From Rhizophagus irregularis (taxonomy: Eukaryota): a stretch of 64,000 nt of DNA. The notes beneath the pieces are model-generated. The model was not told the DNA's origin. It searched no databases and saw only the letters and a list, made by a program, of their open reading frames with translations. Positions 25,477-38,599 of the stretch are shown in pieces. The stretch lies in contig NC_089430.1 in NCBI RefSeq assembly GCF_026210795.1, positions 1,612,001-1,676,000 of the forward strand, written 5' to 3'. The stretch's first letter is position 1. Each line of letters begins with the position of its first letter. The translations under genes were made by a program, and so were the position numbers.

Positions 25477-25887
25477 ATGCCGAAATCAGCGAATGGTTAT
25501 ATAATCTTTTATTCTTTTTATAAAAAGATACTAGATGAAGAATTCCCAAAATTATCGCCTAAAGAGAAAGCCGTTAAAGCAGGAGAGATCTGGAATTCTT
25601 CATCGAATGATTTTAAAAACTCTTTCATTCTATACGCCGACAATCAAAGAATTATTAAATCTATCGCTTCACAAACGCAACAACCGGTAATTCTTCCTCA
25701 ATATAACTCGATGGATGAATTAAAAATAATTTTTGATGATAACTGCCGTAATAACAGGAAAATCGCTAATAACAATCATTTGAATAAAAATCATGAAAAT
25801 ATTTCGCCTGCATCACATAAAAATGAAGATAATAGAATAGCTGATGAAATGTTTAAATTATACATTAATGAAGACGCATTTCAGTAA
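25477..25887 (+). CDS. Small divergent HMG-box protein (136 aa)
   Basis: MPKSANGYIIFY...FPKLSPKEKAVKAGEIWNSSSNDFKNSFILYA fits the HMG-box helices. TATA-like tatataa at ~25413. Confidence 0.8.
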   Translation: MPKSANGYIIFYSFYKKILDEEFPKLSPKEKAVKAGEIWNSSSNDFKNSFILYADNQRIIKSIASQTQQPVILPQYNSMDELKIIFDDNCRNNRKIANNNHLNKNHENISPASHKNEDNRIADEMFKLYINEDAFQ

Positions 25888-27334
25888 ACCATACTATATA
25901 TTTTAAATGATCTTTATTTTCTTATTCCCTCCACAACATTTGTCCTTTATTTTTTTATGTTTTTTTTTTATTTTAAGATTATAAGAAATTATTAGGTATC
26001 GTATAATGACTTAAATTATATTAGTGCGTTCATTAAGATTTTGAAATAAATTATGATTTATGATTTTTAAAAATGATTATTTGTTACAAGAATTAATATG
26101 CTTTACCAAAGTTTCGCTTTTATTAATACATATAATTAGTTATAGACCACCAAATTTTGCTCAAAAAACAATTAATGAAAAAAAAAAATGTTTCACTATA
26201 ACTTTATTCATTCAGAATGAATGTTTACGTTCCACCACATGTTCATAGCGCCGAGCAGAAAGAGAATTTCGTATTTTTATTCGCTGGCGATCATGCGGCA
26301 GATCTACGGAGTTTTTACGGAATTTTTCGGGTATTTTGTTATTTTTTCAAAATTATAATTTGAAATAGTTACACTGCAGTACAGAACCTACATAATAGCC
26401 GACAGAGCTTAAAATTCCGATCATATGACTGAATTTTATAAATTTTATCTACTCCGTGAATATGATACATTTACGGCAAATAACTAAAAATCGGATAGTC
26501 TCCACGTCTTTGATGTTATAAATTCCGTGAATATGATACATTTATGGAATAAAAAATCATTTTCAAAAGGATTAATTTATTATATTTTATAATAATACTA
26601 ATATGAACCAATCAGAAATCAAGATTTATAATCACGTGATATGATGTCTTATGACGTAATATGACGATGAATATCCGACAATTTTCCAGCTTTTTTATGA
26701 ATTTCCATTGATTGCAAATTGAATTTCATGCTTTATTATGTAAGTCTGAGCATGTACTTGCAATAAAATTTAATTCATAATGGTATTTGTTATTTTTTCT
26801 TATAATTTAGATTTACATTGAAATTATGAATTTTAAACGGCAATTTAGAAAAGTAAAAACATCTGATAATTTTAAAGTTGAAGGTCATATCTATTTAAAT
26901 TATCAGTTAGAATTTTTACATTAACAAGATATTTGTTTTTTAGGAATTTATATGTATTTAGAGATTTCACACTATATTACCAAGAAATATAATACATTAA
27001 ATAAAAACATTGAGGATTATGATTACTATCAAATTAAATGACAAAGATATCGACACTTTAAATGAAAAACGAAAATCTGATGAGAATTCCTATCCACCAG
27101 TTTTCTAGAACTAGTGAATTTAGCTGACATGGGATCTATGATTGGTTTACGTCTATCTCACCCGGAGATACAGACAGTGCCGAGTGCGGATATCCATCAG
27201 CATTATAATTTGAAGATAAAAATCTACCACATATGTCCGAATACATACCATCGAGATGTAGAGGATAGGATCATCTGTTGGATAATATCCAGATCAAAAT
27301 AGTATCTGCCATTCGGATATGGATCAACAGGAAA

Positions 27335-29100
27335 ATATTTATTTTATTTATTTTATTTCTTAAAGAGTGGTTATTGGGATCCATCCCAAAAACAACCGTA
27401 TGTACACAAAAAAAAATACAAAGAGGGTTCTATGCAGATGGAATATCGATATTCATCCCAGCACCTGGACCTCACCCTTCGATGGTACAGTAAAACTCCG
27501 CTACTGAGAAAATGAACGCACTAAAAAAATACTGAGATAATCTACAAAAAACAAAAAAGAAAAAATCTATATATAATATCAAAGGGACTATATTAAAAAA
27601 TAAAATAAATCTACAGTATTAGAATGCACAGAATGTGTAAAATTAGATGATGATAAATCAATATTTAAAGATGATAGCCAAGGTAGGTTATGGAGGAAAT
27701 TCAAACTTGCTAGATAAATCTATAAGATTGAGTTATCATGTGCTCATCTTGCATCATTAAAGGGATTGAGATAGCCGTGAATGTGTTATAAATTAGAACG
27801 ACTATTTTTTTGAGGTTTTGATGTGTCTTTTCGTCTTTTATCATGATGGTAAGATGAGAATGAATTTTTGGTTATATTATGTGACATTCTTTCCAAAGAA
27901 TGGAAAAATGGTCTTGTAAATGTCCTGGTGTAGATCAAACAGGAAGGTTGCTAATAATTTTTTTGTCAAAGTTTTGTTAATTCTGGTTGCTTTAAAATGG
28001 TGAATTAATTCTTTAGAGATTAAGTTAAGTAGGATACAATGAAGTTTGGGGGCTTCCAAAATAAAAGTTGGAGGATTGGTTATCCAGCAAAAGACGTGGC
28101 AAAATCTGATCATGTTGTTGTATAAGGCTGAGTATTTGTCAGTGTTGGAGGAAATTAAGATCTTGAAAGTAGAATAATGTTTTTCAAAAATCAGAAAGTT
28201 TTGTTATAACGTCAGGGCACATCCATAGGTGATAATTGGTTTCTTGAGTATTATTATAAAGAAACAGGTGTCGAAGCAATTTAGAAGATCAGGATAATTT
28301 CTATTAAGAACTGAATATCTAGCATCAGAAGTTGGTAGTTAGAATTTTTTATACGCCATCCAACTATTTTGCTGAATTTGAGGTTGGTAGAACTGTCAAA
28401 AGGGTTTAATTTTATCCAATATTGTGAGTATTCACAGTTTATTATATGATCTAACGTAAAGTCTTTTAGTTGTGTTAAATTTTTGTGGCTAATATGATGT
28501 TCTAACATTCTATAATTAATGAGTCTTTCAAGTGACTTTCTAATGTCATAATTGTTAATAATATAATTATTAAATGACAGATGACTATTTTGATTAGGGA
28601 TTCTATAAGGAGAAATTTGAATTGGAGTTTTTAAAGGTGCTAATTACACAGGCAGAGTCTGTGAAAATATTAACTTTACTATCAGAAGGACAAATGATAA
28701 GAGCAGTAAGAATCTCTACTATTTCAGCCTTGGTAAAACTAGCCTATTGAGTCATAGAACCATTATATTTTAATATCTAATGATAATCAGTTGTAAAAAT
28801 CCATCCAAAATCCATCATGGACAATCTTTGATAATTTCAAATAATTCTTTTTCATTTGAACTTCCAGAAATATTAATTTTAATACTTTCCAAATCCTGAA
28901 ATTCTTCAATAAACATTTTAAATATTTCTGATTATGATTATCTAGTCCAGTGTAAATCTCTTTAATATTTTGGCATGACCGGATGAATTATCTTTTAGAA
29001 GAGAACCATCTGTATAAAACTCTAAAATATTAAAATGATTTAGTTTTAGAAGATTTTGCTGTTGTTAATAAAGTTGATAAAAATTGTTTCTTTTATCAAC
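27335..29100 (-). mobile_element. Decayed 3' part of an RNase H-bearing retroelement, probably non-LTR
   Basis: Minus strand reads LEFYTDGSLLK (~29030-28995), MDFGWIF (~28815) and EILTALIICPSDSKVNIFTDSACVI (~28715-28640), matching the RNase H motif order, with many stops. It ends in an A-rich tail near 27340. Confidence 0.75.
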
Positions 29101-29470
29101 TATGTATATTTTGCAGGTAGTTGTGATATCAGGTTAAGACAATAATCCTGCTTAATGATTTTAGTCTTGCAGTGTCATCATTTTGACATTTTTGCTTTTT
29201 AATAAACCTGCATGTTTGGAAAATGGCATACATCAAAATGTTCATGACATGCTCAAGAAAATCTTCAAAATGATTTAGTTTTAGAAGATATTACTGTTGT
29301 ATGTAATAAATCTGATAAAGTTATTTCTTCTATCAACTATGTATGTATAGTTGTGCAGGTAGTTTTGATTTCATCTTAATTTAAGTCACAGAACCTGAAT
29401 TTTAATAATCCTGCTTAATGTTTTTAGTCTTGCAGTGTCATCATTTTGACATTTTTGTTTTTTAACAAAC
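29033..29470. repeat. Imperfect tandem duplication, about 190 bp x2
   Basis: aaaatgatttagttttagaaga...tagtcttgcagtgtcatcattttgacattttt at ~29033-29210 and ~29268-29470. Confidence 0.8.
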
Positions 29471-30535
29471 CAAATTTGGTTTTAAATGAAATGTACGTTT
29501 CATTCCTTTCCCTTCCAAGATTCAATAATAGAATTAAAATTTCCTTTATGAATTATACGCCAATAACTATTAGGCACTGAAATCGAAAGGTAACTACCTT
29601 TCGGCACATATTTATAAACCTCTGACACTCATTTATATCTTGTATAAGCTTTAGTAGAATCGTTAATATCCTTGGCTGCACTCAACTTCAATGTAAAAAA
29701 ATTTGTAATTTTGAAGATTTTAAAATAATGATGTTTTAAAAGAACAATGAGGAAAAATGAAAAAAATTGGGATCTTTTTCTAGTCTTTTTTACATGTTTA
29801 TTGTTTAATATATTATGGTATTGCCTTTTATGAAAAGAATTTAATAACGAATTCTAATGATAATTTTTATCATTCCCCTAGAGTTGATGTTTTGACTCAT
29901 TGTAGTTGTTTAATTCTTGTTAAAGATCTATTTTTTCATTTTAGGTTATCTACCCTTTTTTTTACAGTAAATTCTTTCAGTTTTGAGATTAATGCCCAAT
30001 GATTCAATTTTTATCAATAATCTTATTGGTAAGTCTAAATTCTAAAATCAGTTTAATTATTTTTGTAGTTCCCAATTATAACATCATATTATATTCAATT
30101 AGTAGTACTCAGTGGAAATAAATGAAATAAATGAGCAAAAACATTTTATAATTAATTCACTTAAATTGCTACAAATTTCATTATGTTCAATATTTTTTTA
30201 AAAAATTTATCTGATATGCAAAGTGCTTGTACTATTTATAATAAGCCTTGTTCAGATTTTTTAAGCCCTATTAAGTTTAATCCTAAGCCCTATCCAATTC
30301 TAAGCCTTAGCCTTGGCTTAGCCTTATCCAGTTTAATACTAAGTCTTGCAAAAAGCCAAGAATTGTTTAATTCTAAGCTCTACTCAATTCTAAGCCTGTT
30401 TAATTCTAAGCCCTGCTTAATTTTTCAGTTTACAAAAAAAAAAATTTAGTTATCTTTAAATCTATCAAAATGTTTGAAGTCAACTCATATTAGAATTTGG
30501 TAAATATGCTAAATATTATACTTTACTGTTGGAAG

Positions 30536-30729
30536 AGGACCCCAAGTTATACATAGAAAGGTCAGGTCCTGGTTATTTGCTTAGAATGAGCCAAAATCAT
30601 GTAGATTGCTTCCATTTGTGGATAATTCCGACCAGCATTACATAGTGCCGGCCCTGAGAAATGCGTAGAGTTATAAATGTGTGCCGATCTCCCTGACCTA
30701 TATATATGGCTCGATTGACTCGGGGTTCT
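30536..30729. mobile_element. Small GC-rich element, copy 2 (194 bp)
   Basis: Termini AGGACCCCAAGT...ACTCGGGGTTCT. Flanks GTTGGAAG (30528-30535) and ATTGGAAG (30730-30737) match at 7 of 8 positions. Confidence 0.8.
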
Positions 30730-33371
30730 ATTGGAAGTTGATGAGAATCCGTTAATGGTTATCATATCTTACCATTCTCTATACATTCTAACTTTTATTA
30801 ATATATAAACATCTTAGTATAAGTTTTTTTTACTATTTAGATATTTATGGGTTCAAAGATTTTAAAAATAATGAAAATAATGGCTGTTGCTAAACGACTT
30901 TAAGCATCCTCCAATTTTTAATTAACTAACTCTTTGATTTTACTCATTAAGAGATGGTTTGCAATAAGAATATTTGAAATTCGAGAATATACAAAATCTG
31001 ACTCTAAGAGACTGTTGATTTATCTGTAATGTTTTATCAGGATATTTGCATGATATTATTTAATCCAAAATATGTTGTATTTTTGTATTTTTTTAAAAAA
31101 ACCAAAACTACTATAATGAGAATAAACTTATAAAAACATTTCTACAGTTTACATATAATAATTAAACCATAATTTATGTACAGTACAGTAACATATTTGG
31201 TCATTAATCTATCTATGTTTATTATATATGTATCGTTAAATCACTCTAGAGAAAAATATAATTAATCCATTTACATAGAATTCATTAAATAAACTCATTT
31301 ATTGCATTTATTGCGCATATTCTATCTGTCTAATTGCAAGAATTTCGTTTGAATCTTCCTACAATAGAAATAATGTTTTTACATATATAATTTGAAATAA
31401 ATGTTGGTTATAAAACATTATCTAACAATTGTTTTATAAAATTTATCTCAAGTTTAAGACTTATTTTACTTATAAAAAAACATTTACTACATATTATACA
31501 GTAAATTTATATCTTAATTTAACGTAGAATTTTAATGCATAAAACATAAGCTTCCAATGTATTCAAACTTTCAACTTATTAAAATGGTATATATATTTCA
31601 CGATACAATCTATTTCTTGTTATGATATTATCTTTTATGTTCGATTTGAGTGTAACAGCAAAAATAATGGTTATATCCTGATATGAGTTATTTGTTGCAA
31701 ATGTTCCAGAAACTTTCAAAGACATGTTCTTTTTAAGAAATATTTTCTTGCTAGAAGATATCCTCATTATTTATTATAAACCATTTACTTACAAAAAAGA
31801 AAATTTTGATTTCTCAAACAATAATCAGAATTTTCATGGTATTAAGTTATTTGACTTACTATGTAAATTTACTCTAATTTTTATGTGTATACTACTTCTA
31901 TTAAAGATAAAGGGACAATACATATACTGTATTTAAAAAATGAAATTTAGTTTATATAACAATTCACGAAAAAAAATTTTTAAAATTCAAAAAGAATAAT
32001 TTTCAACATAATATTTTATTCCATGATTATTAGTAGGCAATTACCTTATCATAGAATAAAAAAATTTTGTACAATAAAAAAAATTTAAAATTACCTGCTT
32101 ATTTATAAAATTATTAAGATTTATACCAACAATAAAAAAATCAATTAGTGGAAATCAACGATTAATTATTTATTACCATTATGCATGATACTAGATCATA
32201 AATTTATTTACTATGAAAGTTTATCGGTAAACATTATGGAATAAATCAAGATCTAAGGACAAATCAATTATAAATTGATTTTAGATTATTAGAGGATTAA
32301 TTATACCAAATTCATCGAAATTTGTATATTACAATATTTAATCCAACAAAAAAAGTAATATTTTTACTACCTGAGATTTTATTATTTACCTTGGTGCTAT
32401 TTGAAAGCTATTAAAAATTTTTAAGAATAATCTAATTTGTATTAAATATTCATCTTACATTCTTTTACCTTTATCAAGGGTCAAGTCTATTAACCATTAT
32501 TATATAATTTAAATTTTGTTTTAATTAAACACTTTATAATTGTTTAGGTAATGATATTTATACTAAAAGGGAACGTTAGTAACATTCCCAAACCAAGAAA
32601 AACAAAGGAACGCGTTGCCGGTGTAAAATAAATAATTATGTAATACTATGAAATAATATCACGTGATACGGTGTTCGACACCACTGGTGCGTTTTATAAT
32701 TTTCGAAAAATAACTTATTTTGTTAAAAAATATTATATTTTCGTTAAAAAGTACTTTATTTCATTAATAAATTCTTTATTTCATTAAAAAATACTGTTTT
32801 CGCTAAAGAAATATTAAAAAAAAAATATGAATTTGGAATAAAAGTATTGTTAAAAATATAAAATAAAAAAATATACAGATACGTTTTTTGGATTTGTTTT
32901 CAAGTTTTTTTTTGTACTTAGATTTTTTTTTCATTAAAAAACGCGCAATTACACAATTATAAAAATATTAACAACTGAGCCGCATAATAAAATATTGAAA
33001 ATATGTTTATTAATATATTCCTCATATACCGAATATATCATAAAATATTTCTTACGTTAGGTCCAATATTTTTTATACATTATGTTTTTAATTAACAGAA
33101 TAAAAAATGAAGACAATAAATTGATTTTTAATTGGCATTTGACAAACACATTTTCTTTGAAAGATTAAAAGATGAAATTATCTTCATGCTATCACTTCCT
33201 TGAAACATTTAAGTAAATTACCTAAGCAAACCCTAAATAACAAAAATATACAGGTTAAATCAATGTTATTTTTGTTAATTTAGTAAAGAAAGACTATCAT
33301 TGTTTGAAATGTTATCATCGCTTACCAAATTACTAGCAGATAATTCTTTATTCCGAGCAGGATTATTATTA

Positions 33372-34337
33372 TTAAATATTTTGCTGCTGTTCAGCATAGG
33401 AAGAGCGAGCAGGATTATTGTTATAAGTATTTTGCTGCTGTTCAGCATAGGAAGAGTGAGCAGAATTATTGTTATAAGTATTTTGCTGCTGTTCAGCATA
33501 GGAAGAATGAGCAGAATTATTGTTATAAGTATTTTGCTGCTGTTCAGCATAGGAAGAGTGAGCAGGATTATTGTTATAAGTATTTTGCTGCTGTTCAGCA
33601 TAGGAAGAGTGAGCAGGATTAATATTATAAGTATTTTGTTGCTGTTCAGCATAGGAAGAGTGAGCAGGATTATTATTATAAGTATTTTGCTGTTTTTCGT
33701 AGGGAGAGTACAAATCGTATTCGCTATGCTCGAAACGATACATTGACTCAATTTCTTTGAAAATAGCCTCGCCCTTATTTCGATCTTCTTCATCCCCTTC
33801 AATTTGCTGAAATGGTAATTCACCTAAAACTTTATTACCAGCGGATTTCCTAAAATCATCAACCTTACTAAGTTCTTGTTGGTAGGAGAAAAGCGCCTTG
33901 TTATTGCTTTCTAATGTAATTTGGCTTTGTGTCCCTGGGTTTTTTTGCTTTAAAATATTTTCAAATCTACCTTCTAACGTATCGTGTATCTCGATTAGAA
34001 AATGACATATATCCCTATCCCTAGGCACTTGTGAAAGATATACCCATTTATAAAAGTTATCTTTGGCTAGTTTCATAATAGGGAAGGATAGAGATGGATT
34101 ATGTTGTTGACTAAAAGTCAGCGCACAGCCCATTAGCTGGAGCACAATTGCGTTTTGAAATTGCGAAGCGGTTCCATTAAAATCTTTGATACTTCTTCCA
34201 GAACCATAAAGTTGCAAATTAATTTTACGACCTGTTTTTACAATATAACCTTCAAGAGGTTCGAGTGAGTTCAAAAAGGTATCCAATGCCGTCAAAGCGT
34301 CAGCGGCTAAGGGTTGAGCTAGCAATTGTAATAACAT
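33372..34337 (-). CDS. Unknown protein with C-terminal 15-aa Q/N/Y/S-rich tandem repeats
   Basis: Long ORF from ATG 34337 (MLLQLLAQP). About seven 45-bp repeats encode SSYAEQQQNTYNNNPAH-like units at ~33355-33700. Confidence 0.8.
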   Translation of the reverse strand: MLLQLLAQPLAADALTALDTFLNSLEPLEGYIVKTGRKINLQLYGSGRSIKDFNGTASQFQNAIVLQLMGCALTFSQQHNPSLSFPIMKLAKDNFYKWVYLSQVPRDRDICHFLIEIHDTLEGRFENILKQKNPGTQSQITLESNNKALFSYQQELSKVDDFRKSAGNKVLGELPFQQIEGDEEDRNKGEAIFKEIESMYRFEHSEYDLYSPYEKQQNTYNNNPAHSSYAEQQQNTYNINPAHSSYAEQQQNTYNNNPAHSSYAEQQQNTYNNNSAHSSYAEQQQNTYNNNSAHSSYAEQQQNTYNNNPARSSYAEQQQNI

Positions 34338-34515
34338 TTCTTTTTTGTTTTTTCTATTACGAAAGAAAAATAATATCACTTAATAGAAAATTTAGATAGA
34401 AAAAAATATTATTTCATAACATACCTTGCTTTTTTCGAAAGGATTTACTAGAAAAAGAAAAATAGAATTAAATGAGAAAATAAGAATAATATATAAGAAA
34501 ATAATTTGCATAACT

Positions 34516-35900
34516 CTACCTCCTAAATCTTACACCATAAAATGATTAAAAAGGCAATGTCGAAATGCCACATCTACAGTCTAAAAAAAAAAACAATATT
34601 AATTAATGACTTAATTATTAATGATTATGCAAAGATTCAGCCAGTTTCAAATTAATAAATATTCTAAAATTTGATTGTAAATTACTTAAATTAGGCGCGC
34701 AATTTCGTTAAATTTCACTAAAAAGTTCTACCCCGAAATATTACACCATAAAATGATTTAAAAGGTAATGGTGAAATGCTACGTTACAATCTAAAAAAGG
34801 AACAATATTAATGACTTAATTATTAATGATCATATGAAGCTTTAGCCAGTTCCGAATTAGTAAATAAATGTTTCAAAATTTGATTAATATTTAAGTCGCA
34901 CAATTTTGTTAATTTCGTTAAAAGTTCTACCTCCGAAATCTTGCACCATATAATGATTAAAAGGCAATATTGATATGCCAATCTACATTCTAAAAAAGGA
35001 ACAATATTAATGACTTAATTATTTGAAACTTTAGCCGAATTAGTAAATAAATGTTTCAAAATTTGATTAAAATTTAAGTCGCACAATTTTGTTAATTTCG
35101 CTAAAAAGTCCTACTTCCGAAATCTTGCACCATATAATGATTAAAAGGCAATATTGAAATGCCACCCTACAATCTAAAAAAAGAACAATATCAATGACTT
35201 AATTATTAATAATCATGTGAAGCTTTAGCCGAATTAGTAAATAAATGTTTCAAAATTTAATTAAAATTTAAGTCGCACAATTTTCAGTTGTTAATTTCGC
35301 TAAAAAGTCCTACCTCCGAAATCTTGCACCATATAATGATTAAAAGGCAATATTGAAATGCCACCCTACAATCTAAAAAAAAGAACAATATTAATGACTT
35401 ATGATCATGTAAAATTTTAACCAGTTCCAAGCCATCCAATCTATTTAATCATTAAGTTATTAGTAAATAAATATTCCAAAATTGGTTAAGATTAGAACGC
35501 GAATTCGCTAAAAATTTCGCGAGAAAGTACTACCTCCGAAATATTACACCATAAAATGATTTAAAATGCAATGCTGAAATGCTACGCCTATAATCTAAAA
35601 AGAAGAATAATATTAATGACTTATTCATTAATGATTATGTAAAATTTCAGCCGGTTCCAAGCTATTTAATCTATTTAATCATTAACAGTTAAGTTATCAG
35701 TAAATAAATATTCCAAAATTGATTGCGAATTTTACTTAGATTAGTAAGTTCTATCTTCGAAATCTTACATCCATAATAATTAAAAAGGCAATTCAGAAAT
35801 CCCTCTCTACAATCTAAAAGAACAATACTTATTAATGATTATATTAAAATTTCAGATAGTTCTAAGTTATCTAATCATCAAGTTATCGGCAAATAAATGT
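34516..35900. repeat. Tandem array of about seven ~200-bp units
   Basis: ctacctccgaaatcttacaccata...tacaatctaaaaa...aacaatattaatgactta recurs at about 34516, 34728, 34927, 35111, 35310, 35530 and 35751. Confidence 0.9.
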
Positions 35901-36024
35901 TTCATTGACGGACCTTTTCGAAACAATTTATATTAAATTCCAAAAAACCTCTTATAAAGACCAGTCAATTTCTTATATAAAGAATTGATTGTTGACATTA
36001 TTAAAATAATCCAATTTATTCACT

Positions 36025-36439
36025 ATGGGTTATTATCCACCAGATTCAAATGAAGAATGGTTAGCTCTCCAGTGTCCAGTACCGGTTAAAGAATGTCCAA
36101 AGAAAGATGTGATTACTCACTGGTGGCATGCGAGTTGTGGTGGTAGAATGAAAATAGGAACTCACATGAAGATAGTGTGTACTTCGTGCAATCATGGCAG
36201 CCTTTGGAGCAGTTGGCAGTTTAAATGTGCAAACCACGACTTCAAACCGGTCGGAAACAATGTAGATATGTATAACGCCTTAAGTCGCTACATCAATATA
36301 CATTATATAGACAGTGAGAAATCACACGTAATACAGACAATTTTAAGAAATCTTCTTTATTGTAAGTGCGTTTTTTACTTTAGTTATCTATTATCATTCA
36401 GACTTAGTCCTAACTATGCTATCTTCTCTTATATCAGAA
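36025..36439 (+). CDS. Small Cys/His-rich putative zinc-binding protein (about 112 aa)
   Basis: Pattern CP..C..W.H..CGG..CxxC..W.F.CxxH. Probable intron 36362-36437 (GTAAGT, CTAAC, CAG) splits a T|AA stop; otherwise the ORF reads to 36480. Confidence 0.75.
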
Positions 36440-38599
36440 AACCGGAAAATTTTGTCTTTCTTATCACTTGTTTCTTTTAGCCTTTTTCATTAGTTTTTTA
36501 TTGTTCTCTAAGTAGAACTCGCTTACTATTATTATTTAACTATTTTTATTAGTTTAATAATTAGTACTCAACCGCCATAATCGAGTAGATCGAATAATTA
36601 TTGAACAATAAATCGATTTATGCTCATTTTATTCTACTATTGACTGTAAATCATAATAATAATAAAAATAGTTTTACACTTTATTACTTTATTATAATTT
36701 TAAAACTTTCATCATGATTTTACATTTATTAAATTAATAAACTGAGCGATCTAATATACAGGGTATTTTATTGTTTATTGAAGATTTCATGTTTCATAAT
36801 TTAATAAAGTAGTAGAAGGAGAGATAGCCACTCTTTAGTCTCAATACCAAATATAACGTAAAATTATCGCTTAGTATAAAATACGTCCATCGTTGGCGAT
36901 AGAATGCATCCTCTAATAAGTCTGAATTAAATATAATTTTTTCGTTAATATAGTCTATATACTAGTAAAATTGTAAAATTAGAAGATAATAAAGGTATCG
37001 CTATGAGTTCAACAAAGATTATTATAATTTTTGCGTATGCAACTTGAAACAAGCATTTTTCATTTTACACTTAATTCTACGATTAAAATACCTCTTATTT
37101 TTTGTTATATAATTGATAGATTAAAGAGTTAATTACGTATCAATAATGCTAATCAAAATAAGTTATAACTTAGTTTTATTCTTTTTTTTTTAAAAAAAAA
37201 ACTTTCGCTTATATGTTTTAATTTTTTAAATTTTATTCATTTAATATTCGTCTCAACTACTAAATTTTCATTTACTGACGTTATTGGTTATTATCGTAGA
37301 GTAAAAAACAGACAATGGCCTTTTCCTATTCGGTAATCTGTCGTACTCTCTGAAATATAGTGTTACAATTTTTTTTCATATTTTTTAAAATAAAGTGCCC
37401 CATAGACTCCCGGTTAAACGATCATCAAAACACTTGCAAAGTATACTCTTTTTTGGTTGTGATCAACACGAAAAGTTTCCCTGCGAATTTAATATCTTGG
37501 ATTTTGATTATTGGATTTAAGAATAAGAATAATGAATCCTAAATCTAAGAGTATAACGCCCACCCACCCTCCTTATGAATCGATGGGTTATATATATATT
37601 TTTTCTTTATTTTTTTTTTCATTTAAAAAAAAATAAAATAAAATTAAACGTTACACTACATATTACGCAATATTTACTTATGCAAAAAAAAATAAAAAAA
37701 AGTTTTTATGACTTTATTTACACAATATAAATTTATCAATTTATTCAAATCAACAAATTTATGGTCTTTTACTTGACAAAGAGATTTTCTTTTCTTCGTC
37801 ACTGGATTCAGTTTCATATAGCGCTGCAAAAAAAATTATACTAGACAAAAAAAAGTCAAAGGAATAGAGAAGAACCAGAGTTAATGAACTGATCGGATAA
37901 ATTATTTTTTCCGTAGCAATCACATGGTACATTTGTAGATCTTAGTTTTCAGAAGCTTAGTTAATTCGTTGCCAAATTGATTTCGTTCTGGCGACACTCA
38001 TTTCCCATTACAAGGGATAAGAATTCGGGTCTAGTGAGACTTGTTAGTTTCGCGTATGTTAGTCAAGGATGTCTATAGAGAAGGATGACAGATAGGATTT
38101 TTTTGTGCAGGGTGAAATTTACTTATTAAAATATAATATGCTCCGATCCTTGATCATTGATTCATTGATCCCTTGATCAAACTCCCGTCAGTCCCATGTT
38201 CTGTGGTGGGTACTGGAACAAAAAAAATACTGGCTAGTTGTATTAAATAATTCTTTTTTAATTAAACACTTTATAATTGTTTAGTAATATCACTAATATT
38301 TATTTTATTTAAAAATGCTTAATATATAATAATACACCAGGAAGTTACATCTGTGGCACAACCAAGCCACCATTTGTTTTTTTTATTTTCTCTAATAATA
38401 AAATTTATTAAAATATAGTATTGAATATACTGTATATATGGTGAAAAGATATTATAATTTTTTTTTTTCTAAGAAAATAAATTATTAAAAAATAACTTAT
38501 TTTGTTAAAAGAATATTATATTTTCGTTAAAAAGTATTTTATTTCATTAATAAATTCTTTATTTCCATTAAAAAAAAAATACTCTTTGCAATATAAAAA

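Noticed and set aside
23025..25887. Assignment as a sexM/sexP mating-type locus
   Set aside because: The triose-phosphate transporter and RNA helicase genes that typically flank Mucorales sex loci are not seen, and HMG genes are numerous in this lineage.
33275..33823. Alternative-frame and antisense membrane-like repeat ORFs
   Set aside because: Shadow frames of the 45-bp repeat; only the final ~30 codons may be the ancestral C-terminus.
34516..35900. CRISPR-like array
   Set aside because: Units are ~200 bp and homologous throughout, with no unique spacers and no cas genes; the context is eukaryotic.
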